Below are positions 11,424 to 25,569 of a DNA stretch of 54,480 nt, piece by piece. This DNA comes from Cystobasidiomycetes sp. EMM_F5. Its lineage: Eukaryota. The stretch covers positions 124,001 through 178,480 of the forward strand of contig JBPGPT010000032.1 in the NCBI GenBank assembly GCA_051047955.1, read 5' to 3'. Both the position numbers and the translations under genes were made by a program. The notes beneath the pieces were generated by a model, which made no database searches, was not told the origin of the DNA, and saw only the letters and a list, made by a program, of their open reading frames with translations. Each line of letters starts with the position of its first letter. The stretch's first letter is position 1.

Positions 11424-13429
11424 ATGGCTACTCTGCAGCATGACAGCTACAGCAATGGGCAGCCTACGCAGGAGTACGACATCGAAAAGAAGACTTCCCA
11501 TTTGGGCGGCGAGATCGAGGAAGGTGTCGTCGTAGACGCTTCGACCGATGACCCACAGTCAGTGTTCTCAGAGCGTCTTGCTATAGAATATCGAATGCTG
11601 ATTGCATTATGAATGATGTTTTCTTCCTATTGCCCAATGTTGCTGATAACGCTGTATTCGCCACAAATCGACAATCTCCACATCTTTCTCGTTTCATCTA
11701 TGCAGCATGCATCGTACGCTGAAAGGTCGTCACGTATCCATGATTGCCATTGCAGGCACCATCGGAGTGAGTGACAATACAGGGATCCTTATCTCCAAAT
11801 ACTAATACGCAGCCATCAGACTGGTCTTTTCCTCGGTTCCGGTAAAGCACTAGCAAACGGTGGTCCCGTTGGTTGTGTTTTGGGTTATTTGATCGTCGGT
11901 ATTCTGGTTGGGTGCATGATGTACTCCCTCGGCGAAATGATGGTGTATGACCCGTCAGCCGGAGGTTTCATCGAGTTCACTGCCCGATACATCGACCCTT
12001 GTATTGGCTTCGCCATGGGCTGGCAATTTTGGTTCCAAACTGCAATGACTACTGCCGTCGAGATTGTCGCTGCGTCCATTGTCATTTCCTACTGGGATGC
12101 CAACACAGCACATCTCCCAATCTACATCTCTGTCTTGCTCGTGGGCATGATTGCCATCAATCTGGCGTGAGTAACGGTCTACATTATGTACTCTTTCAGT
12201 ACTCAGTACTAACATATACTGCAGCGGCGTTAAATACTTCGGCGAATTCGAATTTTGGTTCGCATTCATCAAAATCGCTGCCATCCTTGGATTAATGATC
12301 TTCTGCTTGGTCATTGATCTTGGTGGTGGACCGGACAAGGATCGTCGTGGTTTCCGCTACTGGCGCGATGAGCCGTTCAACAACGGATATCTTGGCATTG
12401 ATCCTCCCGCTAAAGCCCGCTTCCTCGGTTTCTGGGCGGTATTGACTCAGGCATCTTTCTCCTACGGTGGAATGGAAGGTCTGGCCTCAATTTGCCTCGA
12501 AGCGTCGAATCCCCGTAAAACCATGTACGTCTGCAAGATCGAGCCTCAAATCAGAGCAATGAGCTTATATATGCTTTTATCAGGAAAACCGCCGTCCGTG
12601 CCATTTTCTACCGTATCGTGCTCCTCTACGTCCTCTCTCTGTTCTTCGTTGGTCTCTGTGTTCAGCGATCCAACCCCGATTTGCTACAAGCCAACAAGGA
12701 AGGATCCGGTAATGCAGCCCAGTCGCCTTTCGTCGTAGTCATCAAGGTAGCTGGTGTCAAGGTTCTGGACCACATCGTCAACGCAGTCGTACTCACCTCC
12801 GCTTTCTCCTCCGGAAACGAGTTCCTCTACGCTTCCTCCCGAGCGATGTTCATGTTGGCACAGCAGGGACAATCCCCCCGCTTCTTTGCCAAGATCCTGC
12901 CCAACGGTGTACCCATCTACTCGCTCGCTTTGACTTCCGCGTTCTCCTTATTGGCCTACCTCGCGGTTTCCTCCAGCTCAAATGTTGCATTCAACTGGCT
13001 CGGTAACATTACCACGCTCGGATCGCAAATTACATGGTTAGGCATTGCAGCTGCCAATATCCGGATGAACAAGGGAATGAAGGCACAAGGTGTACCTCGC
13101 TCAGTCCTGCCGTGGCGCGCTCCCCTCCAGCCATACCTTGCATGGGCTGTCGTGGTTGGGTTCACCATCATTACATTCTTTGCTGGATGGACCACCCTGG
13201 TGCCTTTCTCGCCGTCCGATTTCTTCTCTACCTACGTCAACATTGCCTTCTTCATCATCCTGTACGTAACGAACGAATCTATTCTGATACGACCATTCAC
13301 TAACCTTCATCAATCTTCAGCGCTGCCGGCTGGAAGGTCTACAAGAAGACCAAGTACGTCAAGCTCGATGAGATGGATGTCTCTACGCATTACGTCGAGG
13401 GTTCCGTAGTCCGAAGCAAATTCCATTAG
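11424..13429 (+). CDS. Amino acid permease (APC superfamily, yeast amino acid transporter family)
   Basis: MHRTLKGRHVSMIAIAGTIG|TGLFLGSG, YSLGEM, FGEFEFWFAFIK, GFRYWRD, SFSYGGMEG, QSPFVV, SSRAMF; multiple canonical introns. Confidence 0.95.
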
Positions 13430-13704
13430 CTTCAGCATCAGCGTCCTTTTGAAAAAGTAGTACTGAGGGCAGAGGAAGATAATCGGAAGCTTGTCTAAAG
13501 ACCAGGTTGACCTGTTAATGCAATACATATTTCCGTAACGCGTCGCGTCTGTTCTAGCTCCACTGGCAGCCTCTGAACCCTGACATGATAGTCATATAGC
13601 GTTGTCCGCAGCGGAGACTACTCATCGTTTGATGGGTACTAAGTATAATTGCACGCGATACAAGTATGCAACTATCATCTGCGAGACGCAAGGATGAAAG
13701 TCGA

Positions 13705-14461
13705 TCAAGACTCTGTCTTCGTAGTGGTTATGTGGCTGCCTTGCAAGGCATTGATAGCTTCACTTAAATCGGGAAACGCGGTCTTCATCTCTGTCATGAG
13801 CACGTCTCGATAGGACTGGCATAACCAGTCAGACCGTTGTCTTCATATGGCGAAGTCAGAATATCGAGCATGAACGTACAGATACAGCCTCCAGTATGCC
13901 ATTGGAATACATATTTTCGCCTGCGACCCGCTCGACGAGTTCACGGGTGTATAGTTCGGGATTTCGACCTTGGTCGACGTAGCTATGAAAAGACGTCCCG
14001 CATTAATGTGTGTGACGATGATATCTGAGTCGGACAAGGCATACTCTATTACTTCATGCGGAATGAGCAGATTCCGTGTTGCTGGAAAGTCTTCATGTGA
14101 CCTGAACAACGTAGCCATGCCGTCGACGGTTTGGCGGCTGTGGAGAGCATCAGACAGGTGTAACGAGGCATGAAGTGAGACGGCTGATGATTTACATCTT
14201 GCTGCCGACTAATCCGCCTGCGGTTGCGTCACTGTCTTCCGTATTGCTGGCCGTGCCATTGGCGAGAGGTTGTCGAGTCTGGGCTGTCTCTACGGCTGTT
14301 GGATGTACTTCGCTCGTGCCTTCAGACTGGAAATGAGTCGCCATCAATCTATACGAGTCACCAGCCTCTTTCGGCTCACAGATTCCCAGCTCGAGCAGGA
14401 TCTCTAGTACATTCTGCAGCTGACCCTCGACGTTTGCAATATCGGCTTCATCGCTCGACAT
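13705..14461 (-). CDS. MED10: Mediator subunit 10
   Basis: QLQNVLEILLELGI, LLIPHEVIE|YVDQGRNPELYTRELVERVAGENMYSNG, YRDVLMTEMKTAFPDL match the Med10/Nut2 signature. Confidence 0.9.
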
Positions 14462-14660
14462 GGTTTACGAGGGAGCAGGGTGTATCATTCATTTCATAAC
14501 GCAGTAATGTGGACGCAGTATACGCTGCTGCTTGCCGAATCGTCAAGAACCAGACGCCGGAAGTCCGTCGAGTCCGGACATTTCGACCTTTCGGAGTGGC
14601 TTTTATTTGCCCAGATTGCAAACCAATCTTTTGCTCTATAACCCTCAACGATATTACAAT

Positions 14661-16311
14661 ATGCACAGAATATCTGCTGGATTCCTGGTCCGGGCTGCTA
14701 GAGCGCCTTGGACAAGACCACTCCAAGCACCGGCTGTCCAGGCTGCTGTGCGGACGTTCGCGTCGACCCGGTCACCCGGCTATGCCAGACCTGCTGACGT
14801 AGCAGTCGCAAACAGCAGCAACCCAGTGCAGCCGTCACTGCACACGTTTACGGAAGAGGAGGAAATGCTCCGCGAGACGTGTCGGAGATTTGCGCAGGAC
14901 GTCGTGTTGCCCAAAGTACGCGAAATGGACGACAACGAAGCCATGGACCCCGATATCGTAAAGGGACTGTTTGAGCAAGGCGTGAGTGAATGCGGCATGG
15001 TCCAGTAAGCTGTTGCAGGCTGTTCGAGTCTAATGAAAGCACTTGCATCTGTTTCGCCACCGGTACATATCACGTTCAGTTTATGGGAATCGAGACAAGC
15101 TCAGACTACGGTGGAGCGGATTGCGGCTTTACGAGTGCAATCATTGTCATAGAAGGTAAGCAGGCAGTGCTTTGGTTTAATCGATCAACGGACTTATGTG
15201 TGAATATCTTGCAGAACTTGCCAAGGTCGACCCGTCAGTGTCGGTTCTTTGTGATGTCCACAATACTCTCGTAAATACCGTGCTGCGGAAGTATGCGTCA
15301 GAGGAACTCCAGGCAAAATACCTTCCCATGCTCAGCGAGGACAGCGTGGGGTCATTCTGCCTTTCGGAACCGGCGTCTGGTTCAGATGCCTTTGCTCTTC
15401 AAACAAAGGCTGTCAAGCAAGACAACGGAGACTATATTCTGAATGGGACCAAGGTGAGTAGTGATCTCGCGCTGGCATACTTGGGCTGACGGGGCTTGTG
15501 ACTACCAATAGATGTGGATAACCAACTCTGCCGAAGCCAACATCTTTCTTATTTTCGCTACTGTCGATGCAAGCAAAGGGTACAAAGGCATCACTTGCTT
15601 CCTCGCCGAAAAGGACATGGGTATCAAGATCGCCAAGAAGGAAAAGAAGCTGGGCATTCGAGCATCGTCAACCTGCGTGCTCAACTTTGATGATCTACGC
15701 ATACCTGCGGCCAACGTCGTAGGAGAAGTCGGAAAGGGCTACAAGATTGCTATTGAGATTCTTAACGAGGTTTGTATCCATCCTTAGCAGGCCTGAAAGC
15801 TTTTACTGAGCAGATGATACAGGGACGCATCGGCATCGCTGCTCAAATGATAGGTCTAGCGCAGGGCGCGTTCGCCAAATCCGTCGCTTATGCATGGGAC
15901 CGCAAGCAGTTCGGACAGCCGGTGGCGTCTTTCCAGGGGATGCAGCATCAGATGGCGGAAATAGCTACCCGGGTAGGTTATAGACCAAGTTACTGTTTGC
16001 TCAATCTAACCATCTAAGCTCTCTAGATTGAGGCTGGACGTCTCTTGACATACAACGCAGCCAGGCTCAAGGAGGAGGGGAGGCCTTTTACTCGAGAAGC
16101 GGCCATGGCAAAGTACTACACATCCTGCGTAGCAAACGACGCCTCCCGCAAAGCAGTGGAATGGGCGGGCGGCACTGGGTTCACGAGAGACGAAATTCTC
16201 GAAAAGTACTACCGAGATGCTTTGATCGGCAGCATTTACGAAGGTACAAGCAACATTCAGTTAACTACCATAGCCAAATTCCTCGAGAAAGAGTATCGGA
16301 CAAGCAGCTGA
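14661..16311 (+). CDS. ACADSB: Mitochondrial short/branched-chain acyl-CoA dehydrogenase
   Basis: Arg-rich presequence; [71 protein letters not shown]. Confidence 0.95.
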
Positions 16312-16447
16312 GGCCGTACGAGATGTGCAGTACAAGAGCAGTTCTACATCGTGTGATGGCGGGGACTCTAGGCTATGCTACACGTTGTGCGACTCGCATG
16401 CATCCGGAAGGCAATGTTCAGTAGATGATCCTCGTATGTTGCAACAG

Positions 16448-19400
16448 TCATTCTTCGGGCTCTTCCTCTTCTGCTACAGTCTCGATTGACCTGTCACTTG
16501 GTCGCTGCAATTCAGCAGCGAAGGTCTCGCTAAGTGTGACGATCCAGGGGTGCTCCATCAGTTCCTGCGCAGAAGGCCGCTCCACGGGATCAATATTGAG
16601 ACACGCTTCAATGAAATCGATTCCGAGATCAGAAAGCTCGCCCTTCTCCGGCAGAGGCGGGTGCTTCGTAGCAATGCCAATATGGAACATGATAGCCCTG
16701 CCCTCGCGCCGTCAGTTTCCACATATCACACATTTGGCAGCTGTCCTTACCACTCATTATCAAGATTCGACCAAGGGCGGTGACCAGTAGCGCATTCGAG
16801 GATGACGCAACCAAGAGACCATATGTCCATTGCTCCGCGACGACCTTTTTGGTCGCCCTTGATAACTTCTGGTGACATGTACATTGGAGTGCCGGTCAAA
16901 CTGTTGACTTCTCCGTTCGGACCGGGAGCCCTGGTTCGGGCAGCCAGTGTCTTCTGATTTTTCGCCAGTATCTTAGCCGCCCCGAAATCGACGAATTTGA
17001 TGACTCCCATATGATCGAGGAGAATGTCTGAAGGTTGTACTTAGCGTTGTGCAGGATGGCACAATCTAACGTGACTTACTGTCAGGCTTGATATCACGAT
17101 GCACCACGCCCATATTATGCAGGTAAAGCAGACCATCCAGCATTTGAAAGGTATAGATCTGGACCACGCTCTCGTCTTCGATCCGCCCATGACTGATGAG
17201 ATCTGCAAGACTTCCTCCCTGACAGTATTCTTCGAAAATGTACACCTTGTCTCGGTGCACCTCAATGCCATAATATTCTACTATATTTGGATGCTGAAGC
17301 AATTCCATGACTTGCATCTCATCTCTAATCTGCTTGATGAGATTGGGTGCTGATGTAAGATCCTGAAATCTAACATAGCATGAAGTAAGTTAGCTTTGTC
17401 GTTGGCGCGCTATTCATAACAAATTGGCCTCACTTGATCTCTTTGACAGCCATGAGGGACCCAGAGTCAAGATTAACGGCAAGATAGACAGATCCAAATG
17501 TGCCGGCGCCGATGAATTTGCCTTGCTGCCATCGAATAGAAATGCTTGAGTTAGAGCCAGCAAGGAACAGCAAGGACTTGTCCTCAGGCCTCTCCTCGTC
17601 AAGGACCCGACCAATCACTCGCATGCCACTGTCGATTTCGATACGTTTTTGTTCGGCAGCCATGGTGGCAGCGAGCCATCTCTTGCGGATGTCTGTAAGG
17701 CCGTCGAGAATGCTTTGGTGATCAAACAAGAGACCAGAATCCAGAGAACCCGGAAAGGTTTGCATGCCACCGCGGTCACGTAAATGACTGACATCGTTCA
17801 GGTATTCCAACGTATTCTTAAGATGCCGTCTGATCTCAGCTTTTACCACATCCAGTCGATCCTTCTCCTGTTTAGCCTGGAAACTTGAGCGCGCTCCTAG
17901 TATGTCGAAATGCGATATGAGCAGAGTCATACAGCTAGCCACTTTTGAACGCAGGAGTTCAAACTCCAGGGAACTGAAGCGTAAAATGTTCTCATTCCTT
18001 GTCATCAGCAAAGCAAATTCGAGAGCTCCAACAGCCCATTTGAAGGTTCGGGAATCTGACGGGTTGCAATCATCGCATATGAAAGCGACCCACTTGATGG
18101 AGAATTGCATGAGGTACATGGAGAATTTAGATCTTGAAACCGGTTCCATATTCTTGAGGGATCTCTGACCCAAATCAGCCGTGAAGAGGAAATGTTGGGC
18201 TAATATAGCTTGACCATCGGCAACACCCTTTAAAACATGATGAATACGGTCCACCGAACCTAAGATGCTCTCTGCGAACTTGAATTCGGATCTTTTGATC
18301 TTCTTGAGTTCCTTGTTGATGCGTCCAAGATGGGCCTTGGATTCCACCACAATCTGCTCACGGAAGACCGGGAAGAGTTCGCAAAAGACCTGTTTGCATG
18401 CTTGCAGTCGGCGATCAGTGCCTCCAGCCACTAGTCGTACTCGTCCTTCACGGAGGTCGAATTCTGGCGTTGCTATATCGTCTATACTTAAAACAGCCCC
18501 CGTCCAGATGAAGGGTTCTGAAGGAGAACATAGCAAGATATAATGCGGCTCTTCACCGGGCCCGTCAGGATCAATGAGATCGGCTTGCGTATCCTGAGCG
18601 TAGCATTTGAGGAGGATCTGTCTCAGCAAATCTTGTCGATCTTTGAGGTGTTCTGACGCAATAACATATATCGCTTGCGACTCGAGCGACCCAGTATAGA
18701 CAAGGAAATGCTGACTTTCGGATAGGGCGTGTATGAAAGCATTCAGGTTGACATCATCCAAGACGTATTCTGCAGCGTTCTCGAAACGTTGTTGCATGAC
18801 TCGACCGAACCGTAAAAGCTTGCGATGTCGCAGTCGAACGTTGTCCAAAGTCTGATTGAACCACCGAGCAATGTCTATCGCCGGCATGGTCCGCTCCTCG
18901 AGTACTCTTAGTCGCTCTTCGAAATACACGGCCACTCTCTGCAGCAATCGATGCGTGAGCATGCTAGGAAGGTCAAGATCATTCATTCTCAGCATGAGAC
19001 CTTTAGCTCGCGATTGGCTGTAGCACGCACCAGAAATGTTCACCAACCAGCAAGTCGCCACCCTCGATTTGCTCGACAGATTCTGACAAGAAACTCCACT
19101 CTTGCTCGACTATTTCAGTCTCTTTAAGGAATGTAGCTTTGTTACCGGTGCGAAGCTGCCAGGTAAGGAGCTTGAAGAAGAATCGCAGTGAATCGAGCAG
19201 AACCCGATCGTACTCTTCATTCAGCGTGCCACCAGGCCAGCCTTGACTGCTGTTGGGGTTCATGATCTCTAAAAAGTTCTCCTTGACTTGCGCGGCCAAA
19301 GCGAGGCCTTCCCTGAAGTCGACAGTGAGTTGATCGACTAGGACAGGCGAGAGTTGCTGTTCGAATGACAAATTCTGTACAGATTGCAAGCGGACTTTAA

Positions 19401-21196
19401 GAGCCTCTCTGATCAGATCAGTCGGGAAATGTACGAGAGCTATGAGTTCGTTGTAGAATGTCGGAATGTTCATCTCGGTGTACTGCTCACGGCAAGCAAT
19501 CATAACGGACTTTGCATCGTGTATCAGGCGGTACAGGTCCACGATAGTGTTCTTTTCGAAAGTTTTCTGCAGTCCACCTTCTTTGAATATCCGTTCGACG
19601 AAGGGGGATGCGTCAACTAGTCGATGGACAGGCTGGACGACAGCCGTGGAAAGATGTGTTGGCGGCGTTGCTGCCTCCTCGATTACTTCATGACCGGGTT
19701 GCGTGACCTCGAGGTTAGCGCTTCCCGTCCATCGTTGCAAGATGCCAATCTGCGTCTTGAGACGGTGCAAGATAGTTTGCCACCCGACAAGGGCATCTAT
19801 GCGAGTCATTGTTCTCGACTCTGCCGCATAGAGCTTCTCTGCCTTGAGAGCGCGTATGGAAGGATATAGGCACTCGCACCACTCGACTTTACGAATAATC
19901 ATTTCGACCTGCTCTTCGGCGTCTGGGGGTTTCTGGGCTGCATCGCTGGGAGGCAGGTGTACTGGCGGAATATCGTCTTCATCGGTCACGCTCGGAGGTG
20001 CAGTGGATGCGACTGCCTGCTCTGATGACTCCGGGTCCCCGTCGACGACCGATTGTTCCTTTTCTTCTGCCTGCTGCTGCTCGACATCCACGATACGAAA
20101 TTCTGCGACTTCGTTCCAGATCCCTTCAATCTGGCCGCGAGCTTCCTCGAGGTAGTCCGTCTCTTGCTGAACCGACGTCCCACGCATTTTCGCCCGAACT
20201 CTCAGCCAGACTTGGTAAGCCCTCCATTTGCGGCTGTTTGTGCTGTCGTCCAAATCGTTGGCCAGCGTCCCAGCTATACGAGTCTTTTCATTCTTGAGGA
20301 CGTCACCCTGCAGAACGTTGGACAGCATATGCTGCCACTCGTACCGCGAGTCTGTCTCCTGCACATCCTCTTCTTCAGAATCCGTTTCTGTGGCACTATC
20401 GTCTGAGCTGGCTGTGCCGGAGGCGTGACCGCTCGATGTCACTCGAGAATATGCGCGAACATCGTATGCAATCTTTGGAGCGGATGCAGCGTTGCCTGCT
20501 GCGTCGGAAGCTGCATTTGGGTCATCGGGTGCTCCATTTGATCCATGGGAGACGGATCGTAGGATTGGATTGTTTTCGATGGATTGTGCTGCACGACTGA
20601 TGACATGACCGTGCGGACGGCGATGGGATCCGGCAGCCGTCATCTCGTACTCATCCTCGCCCTCTGGCGAGCCAGGCCCAGAGTCGTCGCCGTCCAAATG
20701 GCCCAGACCTCGCGAGAATGCCTTGCGCTCTTGATTTTCATAGTCTTCGTCGTCGTCTCGAAAGTAGGGTGATGAGCCTAGCTTGTTTCGCCGAGTCCTG
20801 CAGAGTGTGTCCACATTAGCTTGTACTCGACTTCTATGAATCTTTCGCAACTCGCAGCCAACGACCAAACGCAGTTCCACCGCTCCCGACGTTTGCGCTG
20901 GCCGATGCAGACAGCGGAGGTCTCGAGAATGAATGGGCACTCCGCTGCGTCAAGCTGGACAGGGTAGCCTTCTTTGTGCCAGCCGAGGGTAGGGAATCCT
21001 GAGCATCGACGCCTACGCCTATCCGGAGGCTGAGCGGTACGCCAACGCCGTTTGATGTTCCGAGTCCTACGCTGGGCGCAATTGCGACATTGTCCTGGTC
21101 GTCGTCGTCGTCATTCTCGTAGTTTGACTCGCCGACGACTTCGAGCTTGTCGACGGACGGGGCGACGCTGGCAAACTCGATACGGCGATGCGGCAT
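16448..21196 (-). CDS. SSK2: Ssk2/Wis4-like MAP kinase kinase kinase (HOG pathway)
   Basis: N-terminal EWQHMLSNVLQGDVLKNEKTRI and KVASCMTLLISHFDILGARS blocks; kinase domain WQQGKFIGAGTFGSVYLAVNLDSGSLMAVKEI, HRDIKPD, DFG, GTPMYMSPEVI, PWSNLDNEW. Confidence 0.95.
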
Positions 21197-21368
21197 GCTA
21201 GGCAGGTCTGCGCAGTGCAAGTCAGGTCATTGGCAGAGGTTTGACAATGGTTGGTTTGAATGAATGCAATGTAATTTACAAATTGGAGATGTATTTGAGC
21301 AAAACTCGAGGTCTAATCATACCCAACATGGTCGCACGCAGCCTCGCATGCTAGGGCTTTACTGAGCA

Positions 21369-23673
21369 ATGGCGGCTTCCCTGCTGCCCATCAAGCGACA
21401 CCGCAGCATGGGAGACGGTGATGGGGATGCTCACCATGTCGGCGAAATTTACGGAGAGCGAGTTACAAGTCCAAGCAGAAATGGCGTAGCTGGCAGTGAG
21501 CACGCAGAGAACGGCAGCAAAGACCAGGCAGAGCAGTGGCAGACGGTGCCAGCTGGGGCAAGCCGGAAGAAGCAAAAGAAGGAAAAGAAACGACAGAATG
21601 TGGGTATTTGTGGTTGGGAACGAGGGATGGCAGGCAAGAGTAATGGCTGATTGTTAGATTCATTCATAATGCAGCCAGATACTTCTGCCCCGCTCTTCCA
21701 GTTTGATCCCGCAGGCTTCAGCAGAAAGGGCGTTCGCAGACAGGTTCACGTCTATGTAGGTTGTATCGTCAGGGCAATCCATCCGCCAACTAACGACCTT
21801 CTTCCCTAGGACATTAGAGATCTCATCATCAACATCCTCGACAAACATCCACCTCCGTCGTGGCTCCGAGTCAGCGTGAGTAATATGGTATACGATACAA
21901 ACGAATGTATGTGACGACGATCTTCCCGCTTCCTTTCCACAGAACAAGAGCGCAATCCGCGGAGTCGTGTGCTTGCTGGTGCCCGGAATCGAGCCATCCA
22001 CTCTTGGCCTACCAGACGAAGTGTCAGACATTCTGCCTCAACCCCTTTCACCCAGCAAGACGCTCAAGACTTCAAAGCTGCCCATCTTCCAGCACCTCTT
22101 CTCACACTACTGTCCCACACGAGCTCCAGGAGACGATACGAGGATATGGAGCGTTCCTCAGACCCTGCTCAATTCAATGGTGCCCGAAGCCGACAAGGCG
22201 CAGAGAGATGCCGCTCGACAGGCTACCGCTGCCGTTTCTGGTGGTAGAGACCCCTCTCTCTACCTTCTTGATCGCGATGACTTTCTAGATAACGGCTACA
22301 TCGTACCGACCTATGATTTTGATATTCTCTCGCGCCGCCTGGATGGCCCTCCATCTACAACATCGGATCAAGGGCCAGCGCAATCCGCTCTGCCCTTTGA
22401 GCGCTGGCAAAGACCAGACGGGCTCATAGAGACTCCTCAACCGCAAGACGTATCTTCCAGCAAACCAAACCCCTTGCGCATCGTAGCTATAGATTGCGAG
22501 ATGTGCAAATCGGAAGGAGCGTCTGAACTGTGCCGAATCAGTGTAGTCGACGCAGATGGTCAGCTCCTCTACGACACTCTAGTGAAACCCGACAATAAGG
22601 TGGTGGACTACGCCACTGCCTATTCTGGCATTACGGAGGAAATGCTAGTGCCCGTCACGACACGACTCGTTGATGTGCAGCGGAGACTGACAGAAATTAT
22701 TGATTACGATACCGTTCTTGTCGGACATTCTTTAAACTGCGATCTTGCAGTCTTGAAGGTGAGGAGCGTGCGCATATGCTCCACGTACCGAAGCTAACGG
22801 ACCTCTGTACAGCTGGCACATCCTTGGATAATTGACACTTCCATCATTCTACAACATACCAGAGGACCCCCTTTCAAAGCTTCACTTAAATGGCTAGCTG
22901 AAAAGTGGTTACACAAGGAGATTCAGCAGAAATCAACGACTGCTGACGGTGTTACCACGCTTGGGCATAACAGCGAAGAGGACGCTCGGGCAGCAGTCGA
23001 GCTAGTCCGACTAAAAATGAAGAATGGCCCACTGTTTGGCGAATTCGCGGGAAATCAGGAAAGCATCTTTGAACGCCTTGGCAGAAGTGATCCTGCACGC
23101 CGTACCTGCGTTATCGATCACGGTAAAGCTAGCAAGTGGCATGGCACAAAAGCCACTACAGCCCTTTCCTGCACTTCGGACGACGAGGTCGCTGCTGGAG
23201 TATGCGAGAATGTTGCCTCGCATGATTTTGTGTTTGCACGGCTCGCAGACTTGTCTCAGGCCCGCGGCTGGGCAAAGAACAATGCCGACAAGGTCGCTAC
23301 CGCAGTCGTCGACAAAGCTCTGTCAAAAGTGTCTAACGGGACGAGTCAAAGTGGCCTCAAGGACGAGATCACGCAGGACAATCATGTATTGACGGTTGAG
23401 GAAGCATACGCGAAAGTCAACAACTATATCCTAGCTGTCCATGCCGCCGCGCCTGCCAATACTGCTCTCATCGTCCTGACAGGACACCGTGATCCCCGAT
23501 CTGCTCTAGCTCTGCTCGCCAAGCGAAATCAGTGCGATGTTCTGCGCAAGAACGGGAAGCTTTTGTCCCACATGTCGCCCGAGGAGGTATTTACAGAACT
23601 CGATCAGCGCAATCTAGAATCGTTTGTGGCGACAGCGCGAGAGGGCATGTCCTTCTATGCCATCAAGAGGTGA
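21369..23673 (+). CDS. REX1: DEDDh 3'-5' RNA exonuclease (Rex1/Rnh70 family)
   Basis: AIDCEM, YSGITEEML, VGHSLNCDLAVLK, IIDTS, SLKWLA, GHNSEEDA; four canonical introns. Confidence 0.9.
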
Positions 23674-23950
23674 GGAATTGCAGGTCGGGTGAGAGGCTTG
23701 AATATTGTGATGGCTCGTATTGTGTTGTTGTGATAATGCATGCATATGCTTCGCGCTTCCCGCACTGCCGTGCTATCTTCTGATTGCTCCTTCGCTCATA
23801 CCGCGATCTCACGACATATTGTGATAGACGTGCATTGGGACCACACGTAAGTAAAATCGTTATGGAGTATTTCGGGTTGTCACGCTCGATGAGCTCCATG
23901 TGTATCCTCTTATGCTACATTCCGCGATGTGACAAAGCCTTATTGCGACC

Positions 23951-25421
23951 TCACCGTTGAAGGTGACCCGAGGGATTGGCAGTCAAGTAGTCAGCGTGCA
24001 CGAAAGCTCGAGAAACGTCTTCTAACGACTCTAGTGCGTATTGTACCGATTCGCAGATGTTATGCGCCTTTGGTAGAGAGGTATCCTGCGGTAGGAGTAC
24101 GTCAATTTCGACAGTAAGGCCTCCGCCACCGCTGTAAACGTTGACATGTCGGACTGCCTTGATAAGAGGAGAAAATCGTGTAGCTAGGTATATGACACGC
24201 TGAGGTTTGAGAAAAGATGCTCAGACTGAGCTTAGTTTTCTCGGTTGTTCTAGCAAAGCTCACATTGTGCTGTATCGGGTCCGCTCGGCATCCGATGAGA
24301 TCATTGACGCACGTATAGAGAGTCTCGGCCCACTCCTTGATAATATAAATTGAAAGTAACGCTGCACCCAAAGGGTCCAAATAAGCAACGCCGAACAAGG
24401 AGTCGACAAATGGGAAGATTATGGAGAAAATGGAAAAGACCACATCGTTCATTGCATCTTGAGAAAGTGCTTGAATGGACTGGTCGCGAAAGTGCCGATA
24501 GCTTATCCACACTGCCAGCTTGATAGCCACTGTTGCAGCCATCGTAATAGCAACAGATATTGGCAGGACGACCAAGGCTAAATCTTTGCTGAAGAGCTGC
24601 TTGATACTCTCCACGAGTACTTGAAAGAATGCTGTTATCATGACGACGGAAAAGATTACGACGCCGAGGACTGGAAGTCTCCTTCGACCCGTAGGATACT
24701 GCAAGATACCATAATTAGCTGAAAGAACTGAGCCCGTATCGATTTCAAAAGCCCACTTTATATGCATCCTGCTTTTCGGCAGTCTGAGCTGTGAAGTAGA
24801 TAATGAGCGTGCTGAGGAAATCCATCGCCGAATCCACGGCGGATGCGAGAAGGGAGAGTGAGTTGCTAAGCAGGACCACTGCAATCTTTCCCAACAGAAG
24901 CAGGACGTTGATAACAAAGTTGACGTTGATTGCAAGTCTGATCTTGCGTTGGTGCTCTTCTGCTTTCTTTTGCGCACCCTCGCGGGTTATGGGCAATAGA
25001 GGGGAGCCTTCGTTGCAGTCGGCGAAATTGTGAGCGACCGCTGGAGTTGCTTCAAGAAGCAAGTCGCTGCGCGTAGGAGTCTTAGAGTCGAACAGCGCTG
25101 TCAAGCTCTGTCATCTCACTCAATCTCCTTGTAGTAATCCAATTGCTCATTCAGATGCTCATAGTATTCGCGGATGGGCTTCTTTTTCTTCTTGAGCTCG
25201 CTGGCCGACGTCTTTAATTTCTCATAGTCGAACGTATGGAGTGCATGTTCTTGCAGCAGTGTGCGCACTTCGAGCAGCGTTGTACTGCGCTGGAGTCTGC
25301 TCGGAGACCCTTCGTGATGATTCGACGCGATAACATGGTCTGCATGAGCGTAGAAATGGCTTCCCATCCGTGAGTAGCCGTGGCTCAGCGGACTTTCGAA
25401 ACCATTGGCATCGCGGGCCAT
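23951..25421 (-). CDS. Cation diffusion facilitator metal transporter (Mn-CDF/MTP-like)
   Basis: SLSLLASAVDSAMDFLS, YPTGRRRLPVLG, QDAMNDVVF, YLDPLGAALLSIYII, C-terminal domain VEIDVLLPQDTSLPKAHNICESVQYALESLEDVSRAFVHADY. Confidence 0.9.
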
Positions 25422-25569
25422 GGTGTTGGACTGCTCATTTGGTTGAAAAGGAAGAAGGACGACAACGCACGTGTAGCTGTCAAATTCAAGACATGCAATG
25501 CTGTTTTGGTGATACAACATTGTCTGCGATGTAGGGCACAGGCATATCGCGCACTTCAAAGATCAGCTG